The position numbers were made by a program, and so were the translations under genes. Positions 19,971-29,393 of a stretch of DNA of 64,000 nt are shown here, piece after piece (positions within the stretch are counted from its first letter, which is position 1; each line of letters opens with the position of its first letter). This DNA is from an uncultured Lachnospiraceae bacterium (GTDB lineage: Bacteria; Bacillota; Clostridia; Oscillospirales; CAG-272), in assembly GCA_964570825.1 (NCBI GenBank), contig CAZMZJ010000011.1:3339-67338 (forward strand). The letters run 5' to 3'. Under the pieces are notes generated by a model. It did not search any database and had not been told where the DNA came from. It saw only the letters and a program-made list of their open reading frames with translations.

Positions 19971-20082
19971 ACCGTTTACCGTTTAACGTTTAACGTTTAA
20001 CGTTTAACGTTTAACGTTTAACGTTTAACGTTTAACGTTCACCGTTTAACGTTCACCGTTCATTGTTCACCGTTCATTGTTA
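19971..20082. repeat. Heptanucleotide tandem repeat, 16 units (consensus AACGTTT, 7 perfect central copies, degenerate edges)
   Basis: Read directly from the sequence: ACCGTTT x2, AACGTTT x7, then AACGTTC/ACCGTTT/ACCGTTC/ATTGTTC variants. It is intergenic, 116 bp upstream of rimO. Confidence 0.95.
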
Positions 20083-20197
20083 ATTTTCCGCCGCGCATAT
20101 TCCGCCTTAACCGGCCGAACGGGTTATCAGGGCTGTTAAAAGCGGACGCGGCAGTTTATCTCCATAATGCAGAAAGGCAACAACCGGATTTATATTT

Positions 20198-21568
20198 ATG
20201 AAAATAGGATTTGTTTCGCTCGGCTGCCCTAAAAACCAGCTTGACACCGAGGTCATGCTCCATGAGGTGATGTCGGCCGGATACGAGGTGACGCCCGAGG
20301 AGACTAAAGCCGATGTGGTTATAGTCAATACCTGCGCCTTCATCGAAAGCGCAAAACGCGAGTCGATAGACAATATTCTTGATATAGCATGGCTGAAAAA
20401 ACACCGCAGCCTCAAGGCGATCATCGTCACCGGCTGCCTCGCCGAGCGTTACCGCGACGATATTTTCAAGGAGCTGCCGGAGGTCGACGCCGTGCTCGGC
20501 GTCGGCAGCATACACCACATCGTCGAGGCTGTCAGGGCGGTGACGGCCGGAAAGAAAAAAGGACCTCAACCGAAAAACAGATTTTCCTCATACGACCCGT
20601 GCGATGAGGTAAGGCTCGGCGGCGACAGGATACTCACCACGCCGGATTATACGGCGTATCTAAAAATCGCAGAGGGCTGCGACAACCGCTGCGCCTACTG
20701 CGCTATTCCCGCAATACGCGGCAGGTTCCGCTCAAGACCGGCCGAGGATATTGTCGAAGAGGCAAAGCAGCTCGAGGCGCTCGGCGTGAAAGAGCTCAGC
20801 ATCGTCGCTCAGGATATCACGCGCTACGGGCTCGACATCTACGGCGAATACCGGCTCGCCAAGCTTTTGCGGGCGATAACAGACAACACCAAAATCCCGT
20901 GGATACGTCTGCTCTACTGCTATCCCGACAAGATAACCGACGAGCTGGTCTTTGAAATCCGGGACAACCCCAAAATACTCAAATACATCGACCTGCCGAT
21001 GCAGCACATCTCCGACCGTATGCTGCGCGCCATGAACCGGCACGGGGACAGTGCGATGATTAAATCTGTCGTCGCAAAGCTGCGCCGCGAAATTCCCGGA
21101 ATCAACATCCGTACCACCTTCATCACCGGCTTCCCCGGCGAGACAGAGGAGGATTTCGACGAGCTTTTAAGGTTTGTAAAAGAGATGAAATTCGAGCATG
21201 TCGGCGTCTTCCCGTATTCGCGCGAGGAGGGCACGCCCGCATACGATTTTCCCGATCAGATTGACGAGCAGGTCAAGCAGGACCGCGCCGATATCATCAT
21301 GAGCGAACAGCTCGAAATAAACCATGCGCGCAATCAGTCTATGATAGGAAAAACAATTCGCGTGCTTTGCGAGGGCTTTGACGCTGCGAGCGATGTCCAT
21401 TACGGCAGGGGAGAGGCCGACGCCCCCGAAATTGACGGCAAAATTTATTTCCGCGCGGAAAAGCGTGTCCCGCCCGGCACCTTCGTGGACGTTGCCGTCT
21501 GCGAGGTGCTCGACTATGACCTCGTAGGCAGAGAGGTTACAGGCGGCGCTGAAAGGAGCAAGGCATGA
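20198..21568 (+). CDS. rimO: Ribosomal protein S12 methylthiotransferase RimO
   Basis: MKIGFVSLGCPKNQLDTE, radical-SAM motif CDNRCAYC, and a C-terminal TRAM domain. Confidence 0.92.
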   Translation: MKIGFVSLGCPKNQLDTEVMLHEVMSAGYEVTPEETKADVVIVNTCAFIESAKRESIDNILDIAWLKKHRSLKAIIVTGCLAERYRDDIFKELPEVDAVLGVGSIHHIVEAVRAVTAGKKKGPQPKNRFSSYDPCDEVRLGGDRILTTPDYTAYLKIAEGCDNRCAYCAIPAIRGRFRSRPAEDIVEEAKQLEALGVKELSIVAQDITRYGLDIYGEYRLAKLLRAITDNTKIPWIRLLYCYPDKITDELVFEIRDNPKILKYIDLPMQHISDRMLRAMNRHGDSAMIKSVVAKLRREIPGINIRTTFITGFPGETEEDFDELLRFVKEMKFEHVGVFPYSREEGTPAYDFPDQIDEQVKQDRADIIMSEQLEINHARNQSMIGKTIRVLCEGFDAASDVHYGRGEADAPEIDGKIYFRAEKRVPPGTFVDVAVCEVLDYDLVGREVTGGAERSKA

Positions 21569-22170
21569 ACCTTCCCAACAAGCTTACCGTATCCCGTATC
21601 CTTTTGATTCCGGCTGTCATCCTCGCCATTATCCTCGCGGGCGTCGCAATACCGCGGGATATCGGATACGTCATCGCGGCGGTTCTTTTCGGAATTATCT
21701 CGCTGACGGATTATTTCGACGGAAAAATCGCGCGGCGGAAAAACCTGATTACGGTTTTCGGCAAATTCCTTGACCCGCTGGCCGACAAGCTGCTCGTCAT
21801 CGGCACGATGCTGACTATACTCTATAAGTTTGAAGCCGTGCGGTCATATTACTTCTGGGCCCTTCTGGCGGTGATTTTCCGCGAGCTGATGGTGACGGGT
21901 CTGCGCCTTGTGGCTGTCGCCGACGGCGGCGAGGTCATCGCCGCAAACAAGCTCGGAAAAATAAAAACGGTGACGCAGATCGTCTGCATCCTCGTCACCC
22001 TGCTTGAGCCCGTGCTGCAGGATATTATCAAACTGTTTTTCAAAAACAGGCCGTATCCCCTTGACGGCATTTTCCCGCTGACGATATTATCGGTTGCGGT
22101 AATGGCGTTTTTCACGCTCTGGTCGGGGGCGGTATATATGTTCAGACACAGAAAGCACTTAAAACAGTAA
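21565..22170 (+). CDS. pgsA: CDP-diacylglycerol--glycerol-3-phosphate 3-phosphatidyltransferase
   Basis: CDP-alcohol phosphatidyltransferase motif DYFDGKIARRKNLITVFGKFLDPLADK. The ATGA start overlaps the rimO stop. Confidence 0.9.
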   Translation: MNLPNKLTVSRILLIPAVILAIILAGVAIPRDIGYVIAAVLFGIISLTDYFDGKIARRKNLITVFGKFLDPLADKLLVIGTMLTILYKFEAVRSYYFWALLAVIFRELMVTGLRLVAVADGGEVIAANKLGKIKTVTQIVCILVTLLEPVLQDIIKLFFKNRPYPLDGIFPLTILSVAVMAFFTLWSGAVYMFRHRKHLKQ

Positions 22171-22175
22171 AATTC

Positions 22176-22204
22176 AACGGCTCCGCATCTGCGGAGCCGT
22201 TTTC
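22176..22204. terminator. Hairpin between convergent pgsA and trpS
   Basis: Stem AACGGCTCCGC / GCGGAGCCGTT followed by TTTC. Confidence 0.6.
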
Positions 22205-23203
22205 TTATATTGAAACAAATCCAAGTTTTTTCCTGACTTTCGAGAGGGTTTTCCCCGCGTGGTACGACGCTTCGCCGGCTCCCTTTTTCATCTGCGCCTC
22301 AAGATATGCTTTGTCGGCGCAAAGACGTTTGAACTCGCTCTGGACAGGAGCGAGAGCGTCGGCGCATACCTCGCCTACTGCTGTCTTCAGGTCGCCGTAT
22401 CCCCTGCCTTCAAACTCGCGCTCGATTTCCGCGACGCTCTTTCCGGTAAAGCAGGAGTATATTGTGATAAGATTGTTGATTCCGTCCTTGCCCTCGGCAT
22501 ACTTTATCACAGTGTCAGAATCGGTGACGGCGCGGCGGAACTTGCGGATTATCGTGTCGCGGTCGTCAAGTATATATACGACGGCGTTGGCGTTCTCATC
22601 CGACTTGCTCATTTTTCTGGACGGGTCGGCAAGCGACATGATTTTCGCTCCGTTCTGCGCCATAATCGGCTCGGGAATTGTGAATGTTCCGGGATATATC
22701 TGATTGAATCTTTCGGCAATGTCACGGCACAGCTCGACATGCTGCTTCTGGTCTATTCCCACCGGAACCACGTCGGTCTGATAGAGCAGAATGTCCGCAG
22801 CCATGAGAGCCGGATATGTAAACAGTCCGGCGTTTATATTGTCGGCGTGCTTCGCGCTCTTGTCCTTGAACTGCGTCATCCTCGAAAGCTCACCGAACAT
22901 GGTGAAACAGTCGAGTATCCATGCAAGCTCGGCGTGCGCCGGAACATGCGACTGGACATAGAGAGTGTTCCTCTCGGGGTCAAGCCCGCAGGCAATGTAG
23001 AGCGCAAGAGTTTCGTATGTGCGGCGGCGAAGCTCCGCCGGAACCTGACGCACGGTTATCGCGTGCTCGTCGACCACGCAGTAAAAACATTTATATTTTT
23101 CGGAATAAGCGGGGAAATTACGTATTGCCCCGAGATAGTTGCCGATAGTAAGGTTTCCGCTCGGCTGCACGCCAGAGAACGAAACAGGTCTGTCGTTTAT
23201 CAT
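22205..23203 (-). CDS. trpS: Tryptophan--tRNA ligase
   Basis: 332 aa containing SGVQPSGNLTIGNYLGA (HIGH-type region) and the KMSKS motif. Confidence 0.95.
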   Translation of the reverse strand: MINDRPVSFSGVQPSGNLTIGNYLGAIRNFPAYSEKYKCFYCVVDEHAITVRQVPAELRRRTYETLALYIACGLDPERNTLYVQSHVPAHAELAWILDCFTMFGELSRMTQFKDKSAKHADNINAGLFTYPALMAADILLYQTDVVPVGIDQKQHVELCRDIAERFNQIYPGTFTIPEPIMAQNGAKIMSLADPSRKMSKSDENANAVVYILDDRDTIIRKFRRAVTDSDTVIKYAEGKDGINNLITIYSCFTGKSVAEIEREFEGRGYGDLKTAVGEVCADALAPVQSEFKRLCADKAYLEAQMKKGAGEASYHAGKTLSKVRKKLGFVSI

Positions 23204-23224
23204 GTCCTTTCAAATCCTTTGCCA

Positions 23225-24106
23225 TTAAAAATCTATTGATTTGTAATTCTTGAACCCTTCGCCGAATATCTCCTGCGCGCTGCTCACTATCATGAACGCC
23301 ATAGGGTCAACCTCGTTGACAGTTTCGCGGATTTTAGGAAACACATGCTTCCGGGACGCGCACATCAGCACTTTTTTGTTTTTCTTCGTATATGCGCCCT
23401 CTCCTTCAAGGTAGGTGACGCCCACATTCGTTTTTTTCAGAAGCAGCTCGGCGATTTCGTCGGCTTTGTCGCTTATGATGTATATAAGCTTCGCACTGTC
23501 GGAACCGTAAAGCACAAGGTCAAGCACCCGGCTGCTCACCACCAGCACCACGCCGGAGTACAGCGCAAGCTCGATATTCCGGAATACTAACGCCGATATA
23601 GAAATAACTATCGAGTCGACAATAAGAAAGGTGCTGCCGGTTTTCACGTGCTTGTATTTAAGACGTATTAGCTTGATTATAATATCCGAGCCGCCCGTCG
23701 TTCCGCCGCCGCGGAAAACCATCCCGAGCCCGAGTGCCAAAAGACCGCCTCCCGCAAGAGCCGCAAGCAGAAGGTCGTCTGTAAACGGCAGGTAAGCGGT
23801 CAGCGTGGCGGACAGTATGTTGACGGCGACAGACGCAAGCACTGTCGAGTAAACAGTAGAGAACAGAAAGCTTTTTCCGAATTTCCACAGGCCTACGGCG
23901 AAAAGCGGGATATTCAGCACGATTATTACTGTACCGGTCTGAACCCAGCTCACCAGATGGTTGATCATTATTGATATGCCTGAAATTCCGCCGGGAATCA
24001 GCTTGTTCGGGTCAAGGAAAAAGGCAATGGCCGACGCGTATATTAAGCTGCCCGACGTCATAAGAATGAAATTTTTCATCGCCGGCCATTTTTTGAATAT
24101 TTTCAT
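23225..24106 (-). CDS. YitT-family membrane protein (DUF2179 C-terminal domain)
   Basis: 293 aa. Multi-TM N-terminus with GGTTGGSDII, and a soluble C-terminus GVTYLEGEGAYT. Confidence 0.8.
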   Translation of the reverse strand: MKIFKKWPAMKNFILMTSGSLIYASAIAFFLDPNKLIPGGISGISIMINHLVSWVQTGTVIIVLNIPLFAVGLWKFGKSFLFSTVYSTVLASVAVNILSATLTAYLPFTDDLLLAALAGGGLLALGLGMVFRGGGTTGGSDIIIKLIRLKYKHVKTGSTFLIVDSIVISISALVFRNIELALYSGVVLVVSSRVLDLVLYGSDSAKLIYIISDKADEIAELLLKKTNVGVTYLEGEGAYTKKNKKVLMCASRKHVFPKIRETVNEVDPMAFMIVSSAQEIFGEGFKNYKSIDF

Positions 24107-24191
24107 AAATTAACAACCATCTCCGTGCCGACTTCTGCGGCTTTACAGATTTGAAAATTCAAGCTGTTCCGGCATTGGCTTCAGACGCCGT

Positions 24192-25406
24192 TCAGCTTCC
24201 GACAAATTCTCTTGCGGTTTCGCCGAGCCGTACGCAGCCTTCGATTATCTGCCCGTCGGACGGGGTGGAGTAATTAAGGCGCACCGACAGCGACGGCGCC
24301 GCTGTGTCGCAGTTGAATGTGGTGCCCGGAACTACCGCCACCTTTTTTTGAAGCGCGCTGCGGACAAACCTGATTATGTCGCTGCCTTCCGGCAGGGTGC
24401 ACCAGATGAACAGTCCTCCTTCGGGGCGCGTGAAGCTGATGCTGCCCGGCAGGTTCTTTTCAAGCCCGCTTATCATAAGACCGCACTTGCGGCGGTATAT
24501 GCCGCGGATTTTCTCGACATGTGCGTCGATGTCGCATTCCGTCATGTACCTGTAGCAGAGCATCTGGAAAAATATGTTCGTGTGTACGTCCTCTGACTGT
24601 TTTGCCACGACCATTTTTTGAGCAATCTCACATGGGGCAGTGATGTAGCCTAAACGCATTCCCGCCGACAGGATTTTCGAAAAGGACGAGCAGTAAATCA
24701 CAAGCCCTTCGGTGTCCATCGACTTGATCGTGGGTATCTCTTCTCCGGAGAAGCGAAGCTCGCCGTACGGATTGTCCTCAAATATTATTATACCATATTT
24801 CTTGGCAATCTCATATATTTTTATGCGTTTCTCAAGTGACGTCGTGATGCCGGTGGGATTCTGGAACGTTGGTATCAGGTAAATCATGCGGGCGTTCGGC
24901 GTTTTCTTTACCGTTTCCTCAAGGGCGCTGGTGTCTATCCCGTCGCCGGCCAGCGGAACGCCGACCGTGACGGCTCCGCAGGAGCGGAACGCGTTGAGCC
25001 CGCCGATGAAGGTCGGGTTCTCGCAGATCACCGCGTCGCCTTCGTTGCACAGCACCTTGCAGGCGAGCTCTATGCCCTGCTGACCGCCAGACACAATTAT
25101 GGTGTCGTCGGTGTATTTGTCGCCTGCCGCCTCCGAGCGCCCGATATTGAATTTCGCCCTGACTCTTTGTGCCACTGCCTTGCGCAGCGGAGGATAACCT
25201 TCGGTTATGCTGTACTGCAGCGCCGGGGTAGACGCCGTTCTGAAAATGTCGGCGGATAGTCTTGCCAGCTCGTCGACCGGGAAGGATTCGGGCGACGGGT
25301 TTCCGGCGGCGAATGAAATGATATCGGGATCCGTCACGCTTTTGAAAATTTCACGGATTGCGCTGGGCTTGAGATCCGCGATTTTTTTTGAAAATCTATA
25401 TGTCAT
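24192..25406 (-). CDS. PLP-dependent aminotransferase (class I, ARO8/LysN-like)
   Basis: 404 aa containing LKPSAIREI, FAAGNPSPESFP and SFSKILSAGMRLGY (PLP lysine region). Confidence 0.85.
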   Translation of the reverse strand: MTYRFSKKIADLKPSAIREIFKSVTDPDIISFAAGNPSPESFPVDELARLSADIFRTASTPALQYSITEGYPPLRKAVAQRVRAKFNIGRSEAAGDKYTDDTIIVSGGQQGIELACKVLCNEGDAVICENPTFIGGLNAFRSCGAVTVGVPLAGDGIDTSALEETVKKTPNARMIYLIPTFQNPTGITTSLEKRIKIYEIAKKYGIIIFEDNPYGELRFSGEEIPTIKSMDTEGLVIYCSSFSKILSAGMRLGYITAPCEIAQKMVVAKQSEDVHTNIFFQMLCYRYMTECDIDAHVEKIRGIYRRKCGLMISGLEKNLPGSISFTRPEGGLFIWCTLPEGSDIIRFVRSALQKKVAVVPGTTFNCDTAAPSLSVRLNYSTPSDGQIIEGCVRLGETAREFVGS

Positions 25407-25541
25407 AATTCTACTCCATAATTATTATATTCAAAATTTGCAGGCCGGAATGCGGGCCGTCGGAAATTTCACTATGAATGCCAGCCTTATGCGGCGCTTT
25501 CCCGGTCTGTTCAGCCATGCCATATAACATATAATAAGCAG

Positions 25542-25570
25542 ATTATACCACTCGGCAGTATAAATGTCAA
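25542..25570 (-). promoter_or_regulatory. Consensus sigma-A promoter for the aminotransferase-yitT-trpS unit
   Basis: On the minus strand: TTGACA, a 17-nt spacer ending in TGG, then TATAAT. Confidence 0.65.
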
Positions 25571-25684
25571 CTTATCGGAAGACGCGCGCCGCATAAATGC
25601 ACAAAATCTGCGTTTCCCTTGACTTTTGTTCTATTTTATGACATAATTATATATATCCTACTGCCAAAGCGCGGGGAAACTGAT

Positions 25685-26524
25685 ATGATAAATTATTATG
25701 CGACGGAATTTATTTCGGACGGCGGCAGTCTCGGCGTGCTTGACCGCAGCGTTTTGCTGCGCGACGATGAGCACACCCACTCCTTTTACGATATTTTAAT
25801 TATTACCGGCGGCGCAGGGCGCGAAATCATCGACTCCAAAATTTATGAGATTAAACCCGGCGCCCTGTTTTTCATCGACCGCTCGGTCCCGCACCGCACC
25901 GAACCGTCCGGCGAGGTGAGGTACACCGAAATCATTCTCACTCCCGATTTCTTTGAAAAGCCCGAAAACGAAAACGAACTCCGCAGGATTTTTTATACCG
26001 ACAGCGATTATCAGCCGTCACTCACGCTGACCGAGGAGGAACAGGCAATCCTTTCAGGGCTTGTCAGGTATCTTGCACGTGAAAACGAACGCCGGTCAGG
26101 CGATTACCGGACGATATTAAGGCTGTATGTCAGCCTTGTCGCGCAGTACCTCTCCCGCGCAGTCGAACGCTCCCGCAGCGAGCTGGCAAACCGCGACCCG
26201 GACTATATCATCTCGGTTGCCCTTGAATATGTGGACAAGCATTTCACAGAAAATATCTCTCAAGAGGAGCTCGCCGAACGCTTCCGCTACAACTCCGCGT
26301 ATTTCTCGCGTATGTTCAAAAAGCATATGGGTGAAAACCTTATGGACTATATAACGCGCAAGCGTATAGACCTCGCCGCAGAACTCCTCGAGAAAACAGA
26401 CCTAACCGCCGAGCAGATATCGGAAAAAGTCGGTTACAAGAGCAAACCTCAGTTCTACAACACTTTCATCAAATATAAAAACAAAACGCCGCGCCAGTAT
26501 AGGCTGGACACAAAGAATAAATAA
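25685..26524 (+). CDS. AraC-family transcriptional regulator (cupin N-domain plus HTH)
   Basis: The C-terminal region EELAERFRYNSAYFSRMFKKHMGENLMDYITRKRIDLAAELL is typical of an AraC HTH. Confidence 0.88.
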   Translation: MINYYATEFISDGGSLGVLDRSVLLRDDEHTHSFYDILIITGGAGREIIDSKIYEIKPGALFFIDRSVPHRTEPSGEVRYTEIILTPDFFEKPENENELRRIFYTDSDYQPSLTLTEEEQAILSGLVRYLARENERRSGDYRTILRLYVSLVAQYLSRAVERSRSELANRDPDYIISVALEYVDKHFTENISQEELAERFRYNSAYFSRMFKKHMGENLMDYITRKRIDLAAELLEKTDLTAEQISEKVGYKSKPQFYNTFIKYKNKTPRQYRLDTKNK

Positions 26525-26534
26525 CAGACAAACG

Positions 26535-26566
26535 CCGGGGGATCTCCTTTTGAGGAGGTCCCCCGG
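26535..26566. terminator. Bidirectional hairpin between the araC-like gene and serA
   Basis: Stem CCGGGGGATCTCC / GGAGGTCCCCCGG. Confidence 0.6.
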
Positions 26567-26585
26567 TTCTCCGGATACTGCCTTT

Positions 26586-27746
26586 TTATATTACTCTGAC
26601 TCTCGACACACCGCCGATCGAACGGATCTTTTCGGCGGCAGAGTCGGGAAGGGCGCCGTTTATGTCCACCATGGTATAGGCGTTGTCGCCCTTTGATTTG
26701 TTTATCATGTTTTCAATGTTGATGTGCTGCTCTGAGAGCGCGGTCGATATCTGGGATATCAGCGACGGAATGTTCGCGTGCAGCACGCAGATGCGGACGT
26801 TACCCGTATGGGGCATGCTGACATTCGGATAGTTGACGCTGTTCGTGATATTGCCCGAACGGATGTAATCGTCAAGCTGGACCGCGGCCATGACGGCGCA
26901 GTTGTCCTCGGATTCCTCAGTCGACGCTCCAAGATGGGGAATGCACACGACGCCTTCGGCGCCGGCAAGTTCGTCGGTAGGACAGTCGGTCACATAGCAG
27001 GCGACTTTTCCGGAGGCAATCGCTTCCTTAATGTCCTTGTCGTTGACGAGTTCGGCTCGGGCAATATTGATTATCCGGACGCCGTCCTTCATCAGTCTGA
27101 GGGTTTCGGCGTTTATCATGTTTGTCGTCTGAGCCGTTGCCGGAACATGGAGGGTGATGTAGTCGGCCTCCCTGTAGATTTCATTGTAATCTGATGCTTT
27201 TTTGACGCTGCGCGAGAGATTCCATGCGCTTTCAACCGTGAGGAACGGGTCGCAGCCGATAACGTTCATGCCGAGGTGAGTCGCGGTGCTCGCAACCATA
27301 CCGCCGATGGCGCCGAGGCCGATGACTCCGAGCGTTTTGCCGTTGATTTCACAGCCTGCAAACTTTGCTTTGCCAGCCTCGACCGCCTTGGCGACACCCG
27401 TCGTCCCCTTGAGCGTCTTTACCCACTCGATACCGTCGGCAATTTTGCGCGAGGCAAGCATGAGGGCGCAGATGGTCAGCTCCTTGACGCCGTTCGCATT
27501 TGCGCCGGGAGTGTTGAATACAACTATTCCTTCCTTCGAGCAGCGCTCTATCGGAATGTTGTTCACGCCGGCGCCGCAGCGCGCGATGGCAATCAGATTT
27601 TTATTGAACTCCATATCGTGCATCACGGCGGAGCGAACCATGACTGCGTCCGGATTCTCTATTTCAGCGCCGATATTGTAGGCGCTTTTGTCAAATACGT
27701 CGGTGCCGACTTTGGCTATCTTGTTGAGCAGCTTTATATTGTTCAT
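26586..27746 (-). CDS. serA: D-3-phosphoglycerate dehydrogenase
   Basis: 386 aa with a 2-hydroxyacid dehydrogenase fold, GVIGLGAIGG, and a C-terminal ACT-like domain. It lies directly downstream of serC. Confidence 0.88.
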   Translation of the reverse strand: MNNIKLLNKIAKVGTDVFDKSAYNIGAEIENPDAVMVRSAVMHDMEFNKNLIAIARCGAGVNNIPIERCSKEGIVVFNTPGANANGVKELTICALMLASRKIADGIEWVKTLKGTTGVAKAVEAGKAKFAGCEINGKTLGVIGLGAIGGMVASTATHLGMNVIGCDPFLTVESAWNLSRSVKKASDYNEIYREADYITLHVPATAQTTNMINAETLRLMKDGVRIINIARAELVNDKDIKEAIASGKVACYVTDCPTDELAGAEGVVCIPHLGASTEESEDNCAVMAAVQLDDYIRSGNITNSVNYPNVSMPHTGNVRICVLHANIPSLISQISTALSEQHINIENMINKSKGDNAYTMVDINGALPDSAAEKIRSIGGVSRVRVI

Positions 27747-27771
27747 GTCATTTCACCTGCAGTTTGTTGTG

Positions 27772-28857
27772 TTATTTCGGGTTCTTCGCGGCAAAGTCCG
27801 CCATGAAGGCTATCAGCTTGACTATCCCTTCGCGGGGCATCGCGTTATAAATCGATGCTCTCATGCCGCCGACCGAACGGTGGCCTTTGAGATTCTTCAA
27901 CCCAGCCGCCTCGGCTTCTTTTGCAAACTTCTTGTCGAGAGCTTCGTTACCGGTTACAAATGTGACGTTCATTATCGAGCGCGACTGCTTCTTGACCGGA
28001 GCGATATAGTAGCTCTGGCTGTCAAGATAATCGTAAAGCAGCTTCGCTTTTTCCTCGTTGATCCGCTTCATGGCTTCAAGCCCGCCGATCGAGAGCAGCC
28101 ACTCGTATACAAGCTTTGCGATATATATCGTGTAGCAGGGAGGCGTGTTGTACATAGAGTCGTTGTCGGACGCTATTTTCCAGCTGAGCATATCGGGGGT
28201 GATGGGAAGTTCATGGCCGAGAAGGTCTTCGCGGACAATCACGACGGTAAGTCCGGCGGGAGCCATGTTTTTCTGCGCGCCGGCGTAAATAACGCCGAAC
28301 TTCGACACGTCCACCGGCTCCGAGAGAATGCAGGAGGACATATCCGCAACCAGCGGTATGTCGCCGGTGTCGGGAATATAGTCGTATTTCGTTCCGTATA
28401 TCGTGTTGTTAAAGCAGATATGAACATAGGACGCGTCAGGACGGAAGGCGTCCCGGCTTACGCGGGGCACATACGTAAAATTATCCGCCTTGCTTGTGGC
28501 GACTTCCTTTATATCTCCGTATTTGAGCGCTTCCTTATATGCCTTGCCCGAAAACAGACCGGAGACAATATAATCGGCCTTGCCGGTCTTGCCGATGAGG
28601 TTCAGCGGAACGGCGGCGAACTGCGTCGACGCGCCTCCCTGAAGAAAGAGAATTTTATAGTTGTCGGGAACATTCATAAGCTTGCGGAGAAGCTTCTCAG
28701 CTTCGTATATTATTGGTTCAAAATCGGCCGAACGGTGCGACATCTCCATAACCGACATGCCGGACTCGCCGTAATTGACAAGCTCGGCGGCTGCCTTTTC
28801 GAGTACAGGCAGCGGAAGCATGGACGGACCTGCCGAAAAATTGTATACTCTGTTCAT
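27772..28857 (-). CDS. serC: Phosphoserine aminotransferase
   Basis: MNRVYNFSAGPSMLP is a canonical SerC N-terminus. The alternative upstream start at 28905 would add 16 aa. Confidence 0.9.
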   Translation of the reverse strand: MNRVYNFSAGPSMLPLPVLEKAAAELVNYGESGMSVMEMSHRSADFEPIIYEAEKLLRKLMNVPDNYKILFLQGGASTQFAAVPLNLIGKTGKADYIVSGLFSGKAYKEALKYGDIKEVATSKADNFTYVPRVSRDAFRPDASYVHICFNNTIYGTKYDYIPDTGDIPLVADMSSCILSEPVDVSKFGVIYAGAQKNMAPAGLTVVIVREDLLGHELPITPDMLSWKIASDNDSMYNTPPCYTIYIAKLVYEWLLSIGGLEAMKRINEEKAKLLYDYLDSQSYYIAPVKKQSRSIMNVTFVTGNEALDKKFAKEAEAAGLKNLKGHRSVGGMRASIYNAMPREGIVKLIAFMADFAAKNPK

Positions 28858-29072
28858 AAGGATTATTTCGACCCCCCGTGTAATGATTTGATAAATTTTT
28901 AACACTTTATCATATTAAGATTGTTATACATTATATACTTTTTGCATGGGCGCGTCAATGGGCTCGCCGAATTTTCCTTCAAAACAGACGATTTTCTGCT
29001 AAAACAACATCAGAAGGTCTGAATGAACAGCCGGAATTAGGCAAAATTGCAAATTAAATTTCAAAAAAGCTA

Positions 29073-29101
29073 TTGACAAACCCGCTTCAGTATGCTAAAC
29101 T
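29073..29101 (+). promoter_or_regulatory. Sigma-A promoter of T-box leader 1
   Basis: TTGACA (29073-29078), a 17-nt spacer, then TAAACT (29096-29101). Confidence 0.65.
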
Positions 29102-29107
29102 ATTCAT

Positions 29108-29363
29108 CAATTAAAGACTGTGACGAAGAATAACGCGCAGAAAATGCCCCCAGAGAACGGACGGCTGGTGTGAGTCCGCGGCAAAAACGCGCGTTTGTCG
29201 CTTCCGAGTCGGTCGGCTGAATCAAGTAGGCTGACACGTTTTGCCGCGTTAAGGCGTAAGGCTTGACTGAGCCTGAGTGCGTCCGGATGGGCGAATTTGA
29301 GTGGTACCGCGGATAATTTAGTTGTTATATCCGTCTCAAGATTTATCTTGAGACGGTTTTTTT
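29108..29363 (+). promoter_or_regulatory. T-box riboswitch leader 1 (inferred specifier GUC, Val)
   Basis: K-turn halves TGACGAAG / CTTCCGAG, AG bay AGAGA, distal loop TGGTGTGA, F-box-like CGCGTTAA, T-box GAGTGGTACCGCGG. Terminator CCGTCTCAAG-ATTTAT-CTTGAGACGG followed by T7. The antiterminator arm TATCCGT overlaps the terminator 5' arm. Confidence 0.85.
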
Positions 29364-29393
29364 GTTTTCATTTATTCGAAAGGATATTATAAT

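Noticed and set aside
19971-20082. Possible CRISPR array or minisatellite-encoded peptide
   Set aside because: The units are 7 nt with no spacers, so this is not a CRISPR array. No ORF with a start codon or RBS spans the repeat.
22205-25620. Expected a Trp T-box upstream of trpS
   Set aside because: trpS starts 21 nt after the yitT-like gene, with no leader. The roughly 130-nt leader upstream of the aminotransferase gene has a consensus promoter. It has no GGTGGTACCGCG-type T-box sequence and no terminator/antiterminator pair.
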